Virus record (IMG/VR): IMGVR_UViG_3300017955_000003
Coordinates: 1-28,233 of that record
From: a virus
Lineage: Duplodnaviria; Caudoviricetes
Reading direction: 5' to 3' (one strand)
DNA length: 28,233 bases
Below, in pieces: positions 17,380 through 24,993 of this stretch. A program made the translations under genes and the position numbers. Each line of letters begins with the position of its first letter. The first letter of the stretch is position 1. The notes under the pieces are model-generated. The model was not told the origin of the DNA, searched no databases, and worked only from the letters and a program-made list of their open reading frames with translations.

Positions 17380-18318
17380 ATGTCAATTTCAGTAGGGCAG
17401 CTAGTCACGACGCAGACAGAGTTCGCCTACCCTGAACTCTCCACGAGGATAATCCAGGCCGTCTTCCCTGCCAACATCTTCGTCAACACCCTCACCTACT
17501 ACTCAATCGCAGACAGGCAGGTCCCAGCGGTCACGTTCGCGCTTCAGAACATCCCCACCTCGCAGCCCACGATACTGCCCATCGGTGAGTCAGAGGACAT
17601 CCCCGTGGACATGACCCCATACAGCAAGTCAACCGTGACTCCGCAGTTCTGGGGCGACTCAATCAGGATTCCAAGAACAGTGACGGAAGACCTCCAGCTA
17701 CCAGTGATGCAGGACTACCTCCAGCGCATCACCTACAAGACCCAATACACCAGGGACAAGCATGTGGAACAGACGCTCAACGCGGCTCTCTCGTCCACGG
17801 CCCACGCCGCAGGAACCAGCAACTTCGTAGGCTTCACAGGGACAGGCTTCGACCTCGCCAACGTCTTCTCGCAACTGGACATCAGGACGTGCAAGGCCAA
17901 CGTAGAGAAGGACCCCAACAACTACCTCATCTCAGACCTAATCTTCAACGCCATCAACGCGGCAGACCTCATCAGGATTCCGAACTACGTCTCAGCCTTC
18001 TACTACGGACGAACCAATGTCGGTGTGCAGGGAGCCCTCCAGCAAGCAACGGCACCAATCGGACTGCTTCACGGCTACAACGTCTGGGTCAGCAACGTCG
18101 CCACCGCAGGGACCGTCTACGCTCTGGCAGCCAACGGCGCCAACGTCAACAACATGTATTCCCCGCTAGGGTTCTTCGTGGAGAAGCGCCCCCCGACTGC
18201 GGAGTCAATCTTCTGGCCCTCGACCGACGAGTTCAGGGTCTTCATCACCACGAGGTTCAAGGCTTACGTCGCAAGGTCTCAGGCTGGGTATATGATAACC
18301 AGTCTCGCCACGAGCTAG
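17380..18318 (+). CDS. major capsid protein (HK97 fold)
   Basis: 312 aa, IGESEDIP, WGDSIRIPRTVTED and IGLLHGYNVWVSN motifs, synteny and strong codon bias. Confidence 0.85.
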   Translation: MSISVGQLVTTQTEFAYPELSTRIIQAVFPANIFVNTLTYYSIADRQVPAVTFALQNIPTSQPTILPIGESEDIPVDMTPYSKSTVTPQFWGDSIRIPRTVTEDLQLPVMQDYLQRITYKTQYTRDKHVEQTLNAALSSTAHAAGTSNFVGFTGTGFDLANVFSQLDIRTCKANVEKDPNNYLISDLIFNAINAADLIRIPNYVSAFYYGRTNVGVQGALQQATAPIGLLHGYNVWVSNVATAGTVYALAANGANVNNMYSPLGFFVEKRPPTAESIFWPSTDEFRVFITTRFKAYVARSQAGYMITSLATS

Positions 18319-18330
18319 GAGCCATAGAGA

Positions 18331-18756
18331 ATGGCCTCTTTCATCAACACGGAACAGACCTACTCGGCGTCGGGAGTCACCGGCGTCTGGCTCGCTTCAA
18401 ACACGGCCTTCTCAACGTCGCTCAACACGGGCGGCCTTGTGAACGTCGCTGGCCCTCAGCTGCTGATAAAGTCCGTCGTCCTGCAGTCGGTCTCGGGGTT
18501 CACGGGCGCGGGGACTTCAGGGGCCGCAGTCATAGTGGCGACCGGCCAGAGCACCACGTCGGGCGGCTCCACGGCGTCGGGGGCGAACATCCTCTATCAC
18601 CTCTACGGCAGGGCGAGCGGTTCCGTCACAGAACTCACTCCGTTGTTCGTCAACTACGACTTCATCACGACCAGCGGCTTCTCGACCTTCGTGGGCGCAT
18701 CGGGCTTCGCCCAGCCCTACAACCTCCTAGTGACATACGCAGGCAGACAGATATAG
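18331..18756 (+). CDS. Ser-Gly-rich minor virion protein
   Basis: AGGAG RBS, follows MCP, SG-rich. Confidence 0.7.
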   Translation: MASFINTEQTYSASGVTGVWLASNTAFSTSLNTGGLVNVAGPQLLIKSVVLQSVSGFTGAGTSGAAVIVATGQSTTSGGSTASGANILYHLYGRASGSVTELTPLFVNYDFITTSGFSTFVGASGFAQPYNLLVTYAGRQI

Positions 18757-18792
18757 AACGCTCAAATACGCGCATCCTCTCCCTGAGAGTCC

Positions 18793-19263
18793 ATGTCTGA
18801 GAAACCCGACCCTGACCGACCCATCATCAAGATAATCGACCTGACGGACGCCATCAACAAGGGCATAGGCGTGAAGGTGGGGCCAGACCTCGTGATAGGC
18901 CCAGTCTCTTCTAGGGACAACCCGCCCACCAAGCTGAAGTTCCTGAGGGAGCCCAGAGAGTGGACGGCAGAACCACCGCAGGGCGAAGGCGGCAAGACGC
19001 CGATGCAGTTCCAAATCACAGAATCATGCGGCGTGAAGCAGGAGAACGGCTCCAAGTGCAGGATGAAGCTCATCGTGGCGAGGGTCAAGAAGATGATTTT
19101 CGAGACCGACGAGAACGAGGGTGGGGGCCAACTGCAATTCAAGGAACGCGAAGTCTCTCAGTGGATTTACTGTCCAAAACATGGCCCATTTCCGAGTGGC
19201 CCTTGGGTCAAGAAGGACGGCACATGGGTTCAGCCGAAGGTTGAAAAGGTCGTCGTCGGATGA
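18793..19263 (+). CDS. hypothetical protein (possible Zn site C..C..CPKH)
   Basis: 156-aa ORF with CTCAAATA about 24 nt upstream. Confidence 0.65.
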   Translation: MSEKPDPDRPIIKIIDLTDAINKGIGVKVGPDLVIGPVSSRDNPPTKLKFLREPREWTAEPPQGEGGKTPMQFQITESCGVKQENGSKCRMKLIVARVKKMIFETDENEGGGQLQFKEREVSQWIYCPKHGPFPSGPWVKKDGTWVQPKVEKVVVG

Positions 19264-19499
19264 GCGAATCAGCCACACTGAGCAGGCCAGTCAAGCAAGA
19301 ACCATGCAAGATACGAATAGGTTTCAACGGGCTCGGGATGGTGATGTTCGAGTGCGCCACCCATTCGACCATGAAGGAAACCACCCAGAAGATAGGAGAG
19401 CATGAGGTTCCGAAGTTCGATGGGGAGCGACTTGGTGAGGTCTGCGCGGAACGGCTCAGGCAAGCCCTCAAGAAGCTAATCGACGAGGCACCTATCTAG
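19260..19499 (+). CDS. hypothetical protein
   Basis: ATGA-coupled 79-aa ORF. Confidence 0.6.
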   Translation: MSESATLSRPVKQEPCKIRIGFNGLGMVMFECATHSTMKETTQKIGEHEVPKFDGERLGEVCAERLRQALKKLIDEAPI

Positions 19500-19575
19500 T
19501 TGCCTACGCTCTACTGGCCCGACATCGGCTCGTCCCTGAGCGGCGCCTACACTCTGCCCGAACAGCAGGTCTGCT

Positions 19576-19977
19576 ATGGCTCCTTTTCGCAAGCCTCGCC
19601 GACTTGAGGACGCGCTGAAGGCCAAAAAGCACAAGCACCAGTGGAAGGACTGGAAGGACGGCGCCAAGTTCTGCACTCGCTGTGGGATGCCAATCATCCC
19701 TGTCGCCAAGGCTACTTGGGCCGAGTCCTCTGGAGACTGCAACCATGCGTGGGAGCGGTCGGGCTTCAGCATGAGGTCCAACGACAGTTGGGGTGCCAGA
19801 TGTTCGAGATGCGGATACATAGCAAGGGGAAACAACTACAAAGCATGGTTCCGCAAGTATGCGAAGTGGGACGCGCAGTATCGACCGAAGTGTCTCGTGT
19901 GCAGGGAGCCGGTGATGAAGGAAGCGACTATCTGCGAGAACTGCAAGCCGGCCGAGCCTCAGGTGGAAATCCTTTAA
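19576..19977 (+). CDS. multi-Zn-finger protein
   Basis: HKHQW..CTRCG, CNHAW..CSRCG and CLVC..CENC. Confidence 0.65.
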   Translation: MAPFRKPRRLEDALKAKKHKHQWKDWKDGAKFCTRCGMPIIPVAKATWAESSGDCNHAWERSGFSMRSNDSWGARCSRCGYIARGNNYKAWFRKYAKWDAQYRPKCLVCREPVMKEATICENCKPAEPQVEIL

Positions 19978-20001
19978 CCTCACAGGGCTATCCGTTCTCT
20001 T

Positions 20002-20502
20002 ATGTCGCTGGGGACAGTAGCCACCGTTTTCGATGTCGCCAACGAGTTCCTAGCCCAGTCGGGAGCCGTCTTCACGCTTTTCAATAACTCCAACGTCGCC
20101 TCGGGGGTCATCTACTCGAAGATTCAAGAAGCCAACGCTTCCCTCCAAGGCTGGACAGGCGTGGGCGGCCCCAGCTCCAATCCGAGCGTCCTCGGCAACC
20201 AGTGGGTCAAGCAGTATGAAGTCCAATACGCGGCAGGGGTTCTAGCTGCTAACCTCGCTGGATTGACAATCACGGACGGCTTCAACGTCACGGCGCAGGG
20301 GCTCGCCATATCGAGGCAGGGCGCGCAGCAGAAGACCTACGAGGACTTCATTCGGAACCATTTGATGATTGCGAAGGAATACTTGAAAATGCTGCATCCG
20401 TGGTTCTTCGTCTACAACAGCGCGCAACCCCAAGGCTTCGACGAATACGGCAACCCCGTGTCCTACTGGGACGTTTCACAGGCGAGGGACTTCGGAGGAT
20501 GA
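20002..20502 (+). CDS. probable head-tail adaptor
   Basis: Helical 166-aa protein (YSKIQEANASL) in the neck position. Confidence 0.55.
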   Translation: MSLGTVATVFDVANEFLAQSGAVFTLFNNSNVASGVIYSKIQEANASLQGWTGVGGPSSNPSVLGNQWVKQYEVQYAAGVLAANLAGLTITDGFNVTAQGLAISRQGAQQKTYEDFIRNHLMIAKEYLKMLHPWFFVYNSAQPQGFDEYGNPVSYWDVSQARDFGG

Positions 20503-20693
20503 GCGAGGAGTCCTACAAGCTGGTGGTGGAGAACCGACTGTCAACGCTGGAGACATCCATGCGCGACCTCAAGGACACGGTCGTCCTCAACAACAAGTCG
20601 ATAGTCTCGCTAGAGAGGACGGTCGCAAGGATGTCGGTGGTGATGCCCCTGCTGGGCGGCTTGCTCTTCGTGGTGGGCTACCTTATCCACTAG
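20499..20693 (+). CDS. small coiled-coil protein with C-terminal TM helix
   Basis: ENRLSTLETSMRDLK...VVMPLLGGLLFVVGYLIH with a GGAGG RBS. Confidence 0.65.
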   Translation: MSEESYKLVVENRLSTLETSMRDLKDTVVLNNKSIVSLERTVARMSVVMPLLGGLLFVVGYLIH

Positions 20694-21162
20694 CCCCCCC
20701 GACACTGTCAGGATATTCCTCAACGCCATCCAGTCCGGCCTCGTGGTCTCGGGCAACTCCTACATCACGGCGGCTAGAGTGGTCAACTCAGGCGATGCCC
20801 TCTCTTCGTTCAGGGTCTCGGGCCCCACCGACTTCATCGGGCTCAGGCTCTCGCGGAGCATGGGTGTGCCTTACACCAATTCCTTCTACACCGAGGTAGC
20901 GGACACGGTCACATGCGAGGTGTATCACCATGATGTCACGGCAACATCTTCAGGTGTCACAGATTCAGGCTCAAGCATAGCCATAGTGGAGCAGAGGATT
21001 GGCGACCTCAAGTTGACTGTGTCAGGATACGCTTGGGGCTCGGACCTGTCGGGGAACCACACTGGGATTCCGACGCCGAGGTTCCTGAGTGAGACCCATC
21101 CGTTGGCCTTGGCGACTTTTGCGAGGGGCGAATTACAATACCGAGTCAGATACTTGCTCTAA
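20683..21162 (+). CDS. probable tail-completion/terminator-like protein, start non-canonical (TTA 20683 or ATA 20713) or GTG 20743
   Basis: The frame is open from 20644. It sits before the tail tube gene once the insert is removed and ends in a beta strand (ELQYRVRY). Confidence 0.6.
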   Translation, partial: LSTSPPDTVRIFLNAIQSGLVVSGNSYITAARVVNSGDALSSFRVSGPTDFIGLRLSRSMGVPYTNSFYTEVADTVTCEVYHHDVTATSSGVTDSGSSIAIVEQRIGDLKLTVSGYAWGSDLSGNHTGIPTPRFLSETHPLALATFARGELQYRVRYLL

Positions 21163-21164
21163 AC

Positions 21165-21197
21165 AAAAAGGAGGCAGGCACCCGAGAGCGCCTGCCT
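21165..21197 (-). terminator. hairpin plus U-tract ending the array transcript
   Basis: AGGCAGGCGC-TCTCGG-GTGCCTGCCT followed by CCTTTTTG. Confidence 0.7.
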
Positions 21198-21270
21198 GGT
21201 CGTAGGCTCGACTGTCTGGCTGCGTGGCTGAATGTGTAGCTGTGTGGCTGAGTGGGTGTGCGATTGTCTA
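21187..21270 (-). ncRNA. CA-NN tetramer array, putative non-contiguous guide RNA
   Basis: taga caat cgca cacc cact cagc caca cagc taca catt cagc cacg cagc caga cagt cgag ccta cgac cagg cagg cgct: 21 units in unbroken 4-nt register. Confidence 0.75.
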
Positions 21271-21963
21271 GGTGGCCCACTTGGGCGCGTCTGTCTCCCT
21301 GAAGGTCGTTGTCGAGACGCTACCGCGCTTGTTGGGGCCGAATGGGATGCTGCCCATGCCGTGTATGATGGCCTGAATTTCCTTTGGGCCGAGAGGACAG
21401 ATGGCGTTCTGCTTCAGGAAGAGCGAGAAGGGGCCACGGTTCTCCACCACTTCCCACACGACGGGAACCATGACCATCCTGCCGTCGTCTCTCTTGCTGT
21501 GCATTGTCTGCATTTCCACTGATATTCTGTCTGCTGGGGCGTTGCCGATTGGAGTGCCGTTGTCCTCGCCGTGGGGGCCGTAGACCGTGAGCAAGTCCAC
21601 TGGTGGAGCCCAGTATTTCGCCTTGCCCATCGCGCTGATGACCCTTGCGAATCCGTTTTTGATGATGCCGTAGTGCCCCGCGAGCGGAGCGATGAGGGTG
21701 CCGTCTTTGACCTCGAACTTATGCAGGGGGATGTCGTTCTTGACCTTGGAGATTTTCTGGGTCGTCCTTGTGGATGTGTCTCGTTTGCGCTTCTCGTTAC
21801 CCTGCGCGAAGTCCGTCGTGCGCTCCTGTATGACTCGAATCATCTCCTTGCCCTTGTAGAACTCGGTGTTGGCCTCATCCTGTCTGGCGTAGAGCCTGTC
21901 GATTTTCAGTTGCCATTCATACCATTGGTCGTCTAGTTTGTTGAAGTCGTTTTTGTAATCCAT
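21268..21963 (-). CDS. putative Cas7/RAMP-like RNA-binding protein
   Basis: FEVKDGTLIAPLAGHYGIIKNGF resembles the Cas7-group F..dG...ikG helix. It has a C-terminal Gly-rich loop GMGSIPFGPNKRG and a GGTGA RBS. Fold call is by eye. Confidence 0.55.
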   Translation of the reverse strand: MDYKNDFNKLDDQWYEWQLKIDRLYARQDEANTEFYKGKEMIRVIQERTTDFAQGNEKRKRDTSTRTTQKISKVKNDIPLHKFEVKDGTLIAPLAGHYGIIKNGFARVISAMGKAKYWAPPVDLLTVYGPHGEDNGTPIGNAPADRISVEMQTMHSKRDDGRMVMVPVVWEVVENRGPFSLFLKQNAICPLGPKEIQAIIHGMGSIPFGPNKRGSVSTTTFRETDAPKWAT

Positions 21964-22016
21964 GTTATAGAATCACCGTCCTTGCGTGTTTCACGGCATC
22001 ATGCTTGGAGAGCGAG

Positions 22017-22107
22017 TCTGTCTGTTTGCCTGCTAAGCTAACTGCTTGAGTGGATGACTGGATGTGATGATTACTTGTTTGCTCGACGCTTGATTGGCTC
22101 GTGCTTA
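22017..22107 (-). ncRNA. second CA-NN tetramer array (5' of the RAMP-like gene)
   Basis: taag cacg (agc) caat caag (cgt) cgag caaa caag taat catc (a) catc cagt catc cact caag cagt tagc ttag cagg caaa caga caga. Confidence 0.65.
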
Positions 22108-22121
22108 CCATCATGTGCGTT

Positions 22122-22165
22122 CTTATCATCGGTAAGAAGGGTTAATATACTTATCATCGGTAAGA
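22122..22165. promoter_or_regulatory. divergent TATA box bracketed by two 16-bp operator-like repeats
   Basis: CTTATCATCGGTAAGA at 22122-22137 and 22150-22165, TTAATATA at 22142-22149. Confidence 0.75.
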
Positions 22166-22172
22166 GCGAGGC

Positions 22173-22271
22173 ATGAAGCTGAAGTGCCGAAAGTGTTCCT
22201 ACGAATGGATTCCAAGGACTGAAGGCGAGCCGAAGATGTGCCCCAAGTGCAAGAGCAGGTATTGGAAATGA
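22173..22271 (+). CDS. 32-aa C4 zinc-finger protein, likely regulator
   Basis: MKLKCRKCSYEWIPRTEGEPKMCPKCKSRYWK, leaderless after the TATA box. Not in the ORF track. Confidence 0.8.
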   Translation: MKLKCRKCSYEWIPRTEGEPKMCPKCKSRYWK

Positions 22272-22414
22272 CCGACAAAGAAGACATGATAGTATCTGGC
22301 GATTATCACGCCCATGAATGGAAGCCGCTATTGTGGGTTTGTGATTGTGGAGACATCACAGCCCATAAGCCTCTGGTTGGGCGACAGGTGGCTAAGGTGA
22401 TTGAAACTGACTGA
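22268..22414 (+). CDS. 48-aa hypothetical protein
   Basis: ATGA-coupled, with HAHEW...CDCG. Confidence 0.55.
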   Translation: MTDKEDMIVSGDYHAHEWKPLLWVCDCGDITAHKPLVGRQVAKVIETD

Positions 22415-22754
22415 CAAGGAATACGACCCATACAGCCCAGAGGCCGAAGGCAAGGCCCTCGGCGCGGGAGACAACTGGACGGCGCTCAGAGAGGCCAACT
22501 GGTGGCGGTATGAGACCAGAGGGAAGGCGCACTGCGAGGCCGAGAACATCGACATCGACCTTGCGAACAGGTCAAAGCTGTTGAGATGCGCCGGATTGGG
22601 ACACTCGCTGAAACGTTCTATCGAGAAGACAGGCGGCAGAGAGAAGGCCACCGTCTTCCTCAGGTGCGTCCACTGTGGGGACATGGACATCCGCGACACC
22701 AAGGCAATCCAAGCCTGCTACGCCAAGGGACATCAGCCCACGAGACTCACATAG
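22401..22754 (+). CDS. hypothetical Cys/His protein
   Basis: AGGTGG RBS, CAGLGH...CVHCG...CYAKGH. Confidence 0.6.
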   Translation: MKLTDKEYDPYSPEAEGKALGAGDNWTALREANWWRYETRGKAHCEAENIDIDLANRSKLLRCAGLGHSLKRSIEKTGGREKATVFLRCVHCGDMDIRDTKAIQACYAKGHQPTRLT

Positions 22755-22797
22755 AGTTCTTTAAGGCAGAGCGACAGCCTTCAACCCAGAGTAGACT

Positions 22798-23229
22798 ATG
22801 GCGATTTCGCCTCCCGACCGGACGCAGACGTTCTGGGCCGCGCAGACTACCATCACGATTTCAGGCGTCACCTACGCCGCGATAGCTGACATCACCGTGA
22901 AGTGGGGCTACAAGATACACGAGGAAGTCGTGACCGGCACCAACAACCCATACTTGGGAACGGGGGTCTTCCACGGCGAGGTCACGCTAGACGGCATAGG
23001 CTCCCCTGACAACCGCTGGGAGAACCTGATAGCCATCACCTCAGGCGTCGTCTCGACCTACGGCTTCACATGGAGGGAGTCCGATACTACTGCGACGCTG
23101 TCGGGAGCTAGGACGTGGACGGCCTCGGGCAAGTTCACGGACTTCGAGCACAAGTTCACGAAGGACGGAGCCGTGATGTTCAAGACGAAAGGCATACTGG
23201 GACTGGCACCAACTGTAAGCCAGAGCTAG
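22798..23229 (+). CDS. tail tube protein
   Basis: 143 aa, all-beta pattern with GEVTLDG and WTASGKFTDFEHKF, plus synteny. Confidence 0.7.
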   Translation: MAISPPDRTQTFWAAQTTITISGVTYAAIADITVKWGYKIHEEVVTGTNNPYLGTGVFHGEVTLDGIGSPDNRWENLIAITSGVVSTYGFTWRESDTTATLSGARTWTASGKFTDFEHKFTKDGAVMFKTKGILGLAPTVSQS

Positions 23230-23238
23230 GGGCAATCG

Positions 23239-23607
23239 ATGTCCATCGTCATCACGGTGGATACCAGCCAGTTCGACGCCATGCAGGAGTCAGTCCAATC
23301 GGCAATCTCGAACCTAGGCGAAGGGCTGAAAGAGGCCGTGGACGCGATAGTGATGCCCGACTTGCTGATGCTGTCGCAGACCCTCTACAACGTCATCACC
23401 GGGGAGTATTCTACTGGCTGGTATGATGTCCAGATTGACGACATGTCGGTGATGGTCGATTGCCTAGCCCCATACGCGCAGATATTAGAGACGGGCTCGG
23501 TTCGCATGGAGGGGAGAGCGGTTCTTGAGCAGGCTACCGAGGACACGGTCAACGACCTAGCAGGATACGTGCAATCATGGATAATGTCGCAAGTGGGAAT
23601 AAGCTGA
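23239..23607 (+). CDS. HK97 gp10-like tail-completion protein
   Basis: VITGEYSTGW...APYAQILETGSVRMEGRAVL matches the V.TG.L...YA.YVE.GT..M..RPFL pattern. Confidence 0.75.
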   Translation: MSIVITVDTSQFDAMQESVQSAISNLGEGLKEAVDAIVMPDLLMLSQTLYNVITGEYSTGWYDVQIDDMSVMVDCLAPYAQILETGSVRMEGRAVLEQATEDTVNDLAGYVQSWIMSQVGIS

Positions 23608-24164
23608 GTTTCGATGACCTGCGGGCGCTCCTGACGAAAGAACGGCTCGCTTCTCAAGAGATACTGTCGCACATCGAGGACCCCAACTTCGAACGTCCCG
23701 TTGTCTACCTCGCGGAGAAGGCGACCTACAAGTTTCACCGCTTGAGGCATGGCGAGCTTACGCTCCTGACTAGACTGCCGTTCTTCTTCAAGCTCCTGCA
23801 CACCAAGGACGGCAAGCCCGACCCGCTGCCGCTGGACTCTGCCGAGGAGTCGGCGTTCAGGAGGATGAAAGAGGCCCTGCTCGTCAGGACTAGCTTGGAG
23901 CCCGACAGGTGGAAGTCCTTCGCGGTGGAGCACCCAGAGCACATCGACCCAGCGTTCTACTTCGTGATGTCAACCAGCAACATGACCCTGGAGTTGGGCA
24001 AGAAGCTGAACGACTACTTCGCAACGGATGAGGGACACGGCTACGGCCAGCTCTGGTTCGGGCTGATGCACATGACGCCTTCGCAGGTGGCCGCGCTCCC
24101 CGAGTCGGACTATCAGGCGGTGCTGGCGTGGTGGAACAGGGCTAACGAGAGGCTGAAGCGATAG
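23604..24164 (+). CDS. probable tail assembly chaperone (CTG 23604 or ATG 23577 start)
   Basis: Directly upstream of the tape measure gene, with C-terminal HMTPSQVAALP. Confidence 0.55.
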   Translation: MSFDDLRALLTKERLASQEILSHIEDPNFERPVVYLAEKATYKFHRLRHGELTLLTRLPFFFKLLHTKDGKPDPLPLDSAEESAFRRMKEALLVRTSLEPDRWKSFAVEHPEHIDPAFYFVMSTSNMTLELGKKLNDYFATDEGHGYGQLWFGLMHMTPSQVAALPESDYQAVLAWWNRANERLKR

Positions 24165-24989
24165 ATGTCCGAAATCCCAGTCACCTACACCGGCGACGCC
24201 AGTAGCCTACAGTCGGCTTCGCAACAAGCCTCTGACGCAGTATCGTCCGCGACGGGCGACATCAACAGCTCGGTAGGAGCGTCCACTTCGGCGATGGCTG
24301 GGATGGGAGGCGGGGCGATGAGGATGGGGGTGACAGGCATGGCGGCGTTTATGATGATTGACGCCGCCAGTGAAAGGCTGCAGTCCACCCAGATGCAGCA
24401 GACGATGGCGCAGGAGCGGCTGACGGAGGCGGTTCAGAAGTATGGTGCTGGTTCCGTCCAAGCCGTCCTCGCACAGCAACAGCTACAGGTCGCCACGGAC
24501 AACGTGGGCAGGGCTACCGACCAATACTACATGAGACTGGCGATGGCCGCGGCGACTACGATTCCGCAGGTCCTGAGCATGATGACCAAGCTGGGGACGA
24601 CGACCGAGGCGGCGAGCGTCCAATACCTCAACCTCGGGGCGGATACGCAGGCCCTCACGGCGGCGCAGGTCCAAGAGTCGGCGTCGATGGACGGCGTGAT
24701 ACTGTCCGACGAGGAGGCCACCGCAGTCTCAGCCGAACTCAGCGCGAGCTACGTCACCCAGACGGCCACGACCAACGCCCTCACATCGTCCCGCTTGGCC
24801 CTCATGGCGGCGTCAGGGATTGGTCTGATAGCGGCCCTCGGGATAGCGGCGGCAATATCGAGCGGGGCGTTGAACCCCAGCGGCGGGGCCTCGACGGGGA
24901 CGAACATCAACGTCTACGGCGACGTGAACGTGCCCGGTGCGGCCTCGCCAGCCGCCTTCGCAAGCTCGCTGGGTTCCTACAGGGGTTAG
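24165..24989 (+). CDS. short tape-measure-like protein
   Basis: Starts with VTYTGDASSLQSA, A/S/Q-rich helices, ends NINVYGDVNV. Confidence 0.6.
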   Translation: MSEIPVTYTGDASSLQSASQQASDAVSSATGDINSSVGASTSAMAGMGGGAMRMGVTGMAAFMMIDAASERLQSTQMQQTMAQERLTEAVQKYGAGSVQAVLAQQQLQVATDNVGRATDQYYMRLAMAAATTIPQVLSMMTKLGTTTEAASVQYLNLGADTQALTAAQVQESASMDGVILSDEEATAVSAELSASYVTQTATTNALTSSRLALMAASGIGLIAALGIAAAISSGALNPSGGASTGTNINVYGDVNVPGAASPAAFASSLGSYRG

Positions 24990-24993
24990 CCAG

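Noticed and set aside
20590-20630. Match of the decoded 5' array to KSIVSLERTVAR in the small TM gene
   Set aside because: It needs several gaps, which is incompatible with a collinear guide.
21187-22107. CRISPR array or simple microsatellite
   Set aside because: There are no 25-40 nt repeats with spacers. The units keep a constant CA/YR but vary freely at NN, unlike slippage repeats.
21965-22114. 49-aa minus-strand ORF (MMVSTSQSSVEQ...) over the 5' array
   Set aside because: The low-complexity S/Q/H product is expected from CANN repeats, and 4-nt periodicity argues for RNA function. It cannot be fully excluded.
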